DNA of 64,000 bases from Octopus sinensis (taxonomy: Eukaryota), in NCBI RefSeq assembly GCF_006345805.1, contig NC_043001.1:6572001-6636000 (forward strand), given 5' to 3'. Positions 63,791 through 64,000 of this stretch are shown here, piece by piece. Numbering within the stretch: the stretch's first letter is position 1; the number at the start of each line of letters is the position of its first letter. Below the pieces are notes generated by a model that made no database searches, was not told where the DNA came from, and saw only the letters and a list, made by a program, of their open reading frames with translations. The translations under genes were made by a program, and so were the position numbers.

Positions 63791-64000
63791 TATGCATATA
63801 TGTATGCATATATATATATATATATATATATATGTGTTAATTTATTAAGAATAATTCAACTTAATATTCTTAACTTGAATATGTCATACCTGTGACGTCG
63901 TAATTTGATATTCCTCTATATATATATATAATATATATCTAATTTTTTATATGATCGAACACCACGCATCCATTTCCAAGTATATATATATATGTGTGTG

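Overview
This is very AT-rich, repeat-saturated eukaryotic DNA. The SINE families and the (TA)n/(CA)n/(AAT)n load look like an octopus or other cephalopod genome, but that is inferred from repeat style only. I found no host protein-coding gene I can support; most listed ORFs are microsatellite translations. Contents: a full-length but decayed Helitron with intact ends (2076-7756), R4/Dong-like REL-endonuclease LINE fragments inserted in (TAA)n, an RTE LINE, a CR1/L2-like 3' end, Penelope-like (PLE) remnants, a Tc1 remnant, MITE-like inverted repeats and many tRNA-derived SINEs. The most notable signal is a set of minimal type I hammerhead-ribozyme-like motifs from at least four unrelated short repeat families, usually beside inverted duplications. 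One family joins a tRNA-like Pol III head, an (AAT)n tract and a hammerhead, and in one copy it directly follows a PLE GIY-YIG coding end. In another copy its (AAT)n tract has been filled by stacked R4/Dong LINE 3' ends. Several (TA)n tracts also sit at the centre of fold-back palindromes. All folds and alignments were done by eye and need computational confirmation.
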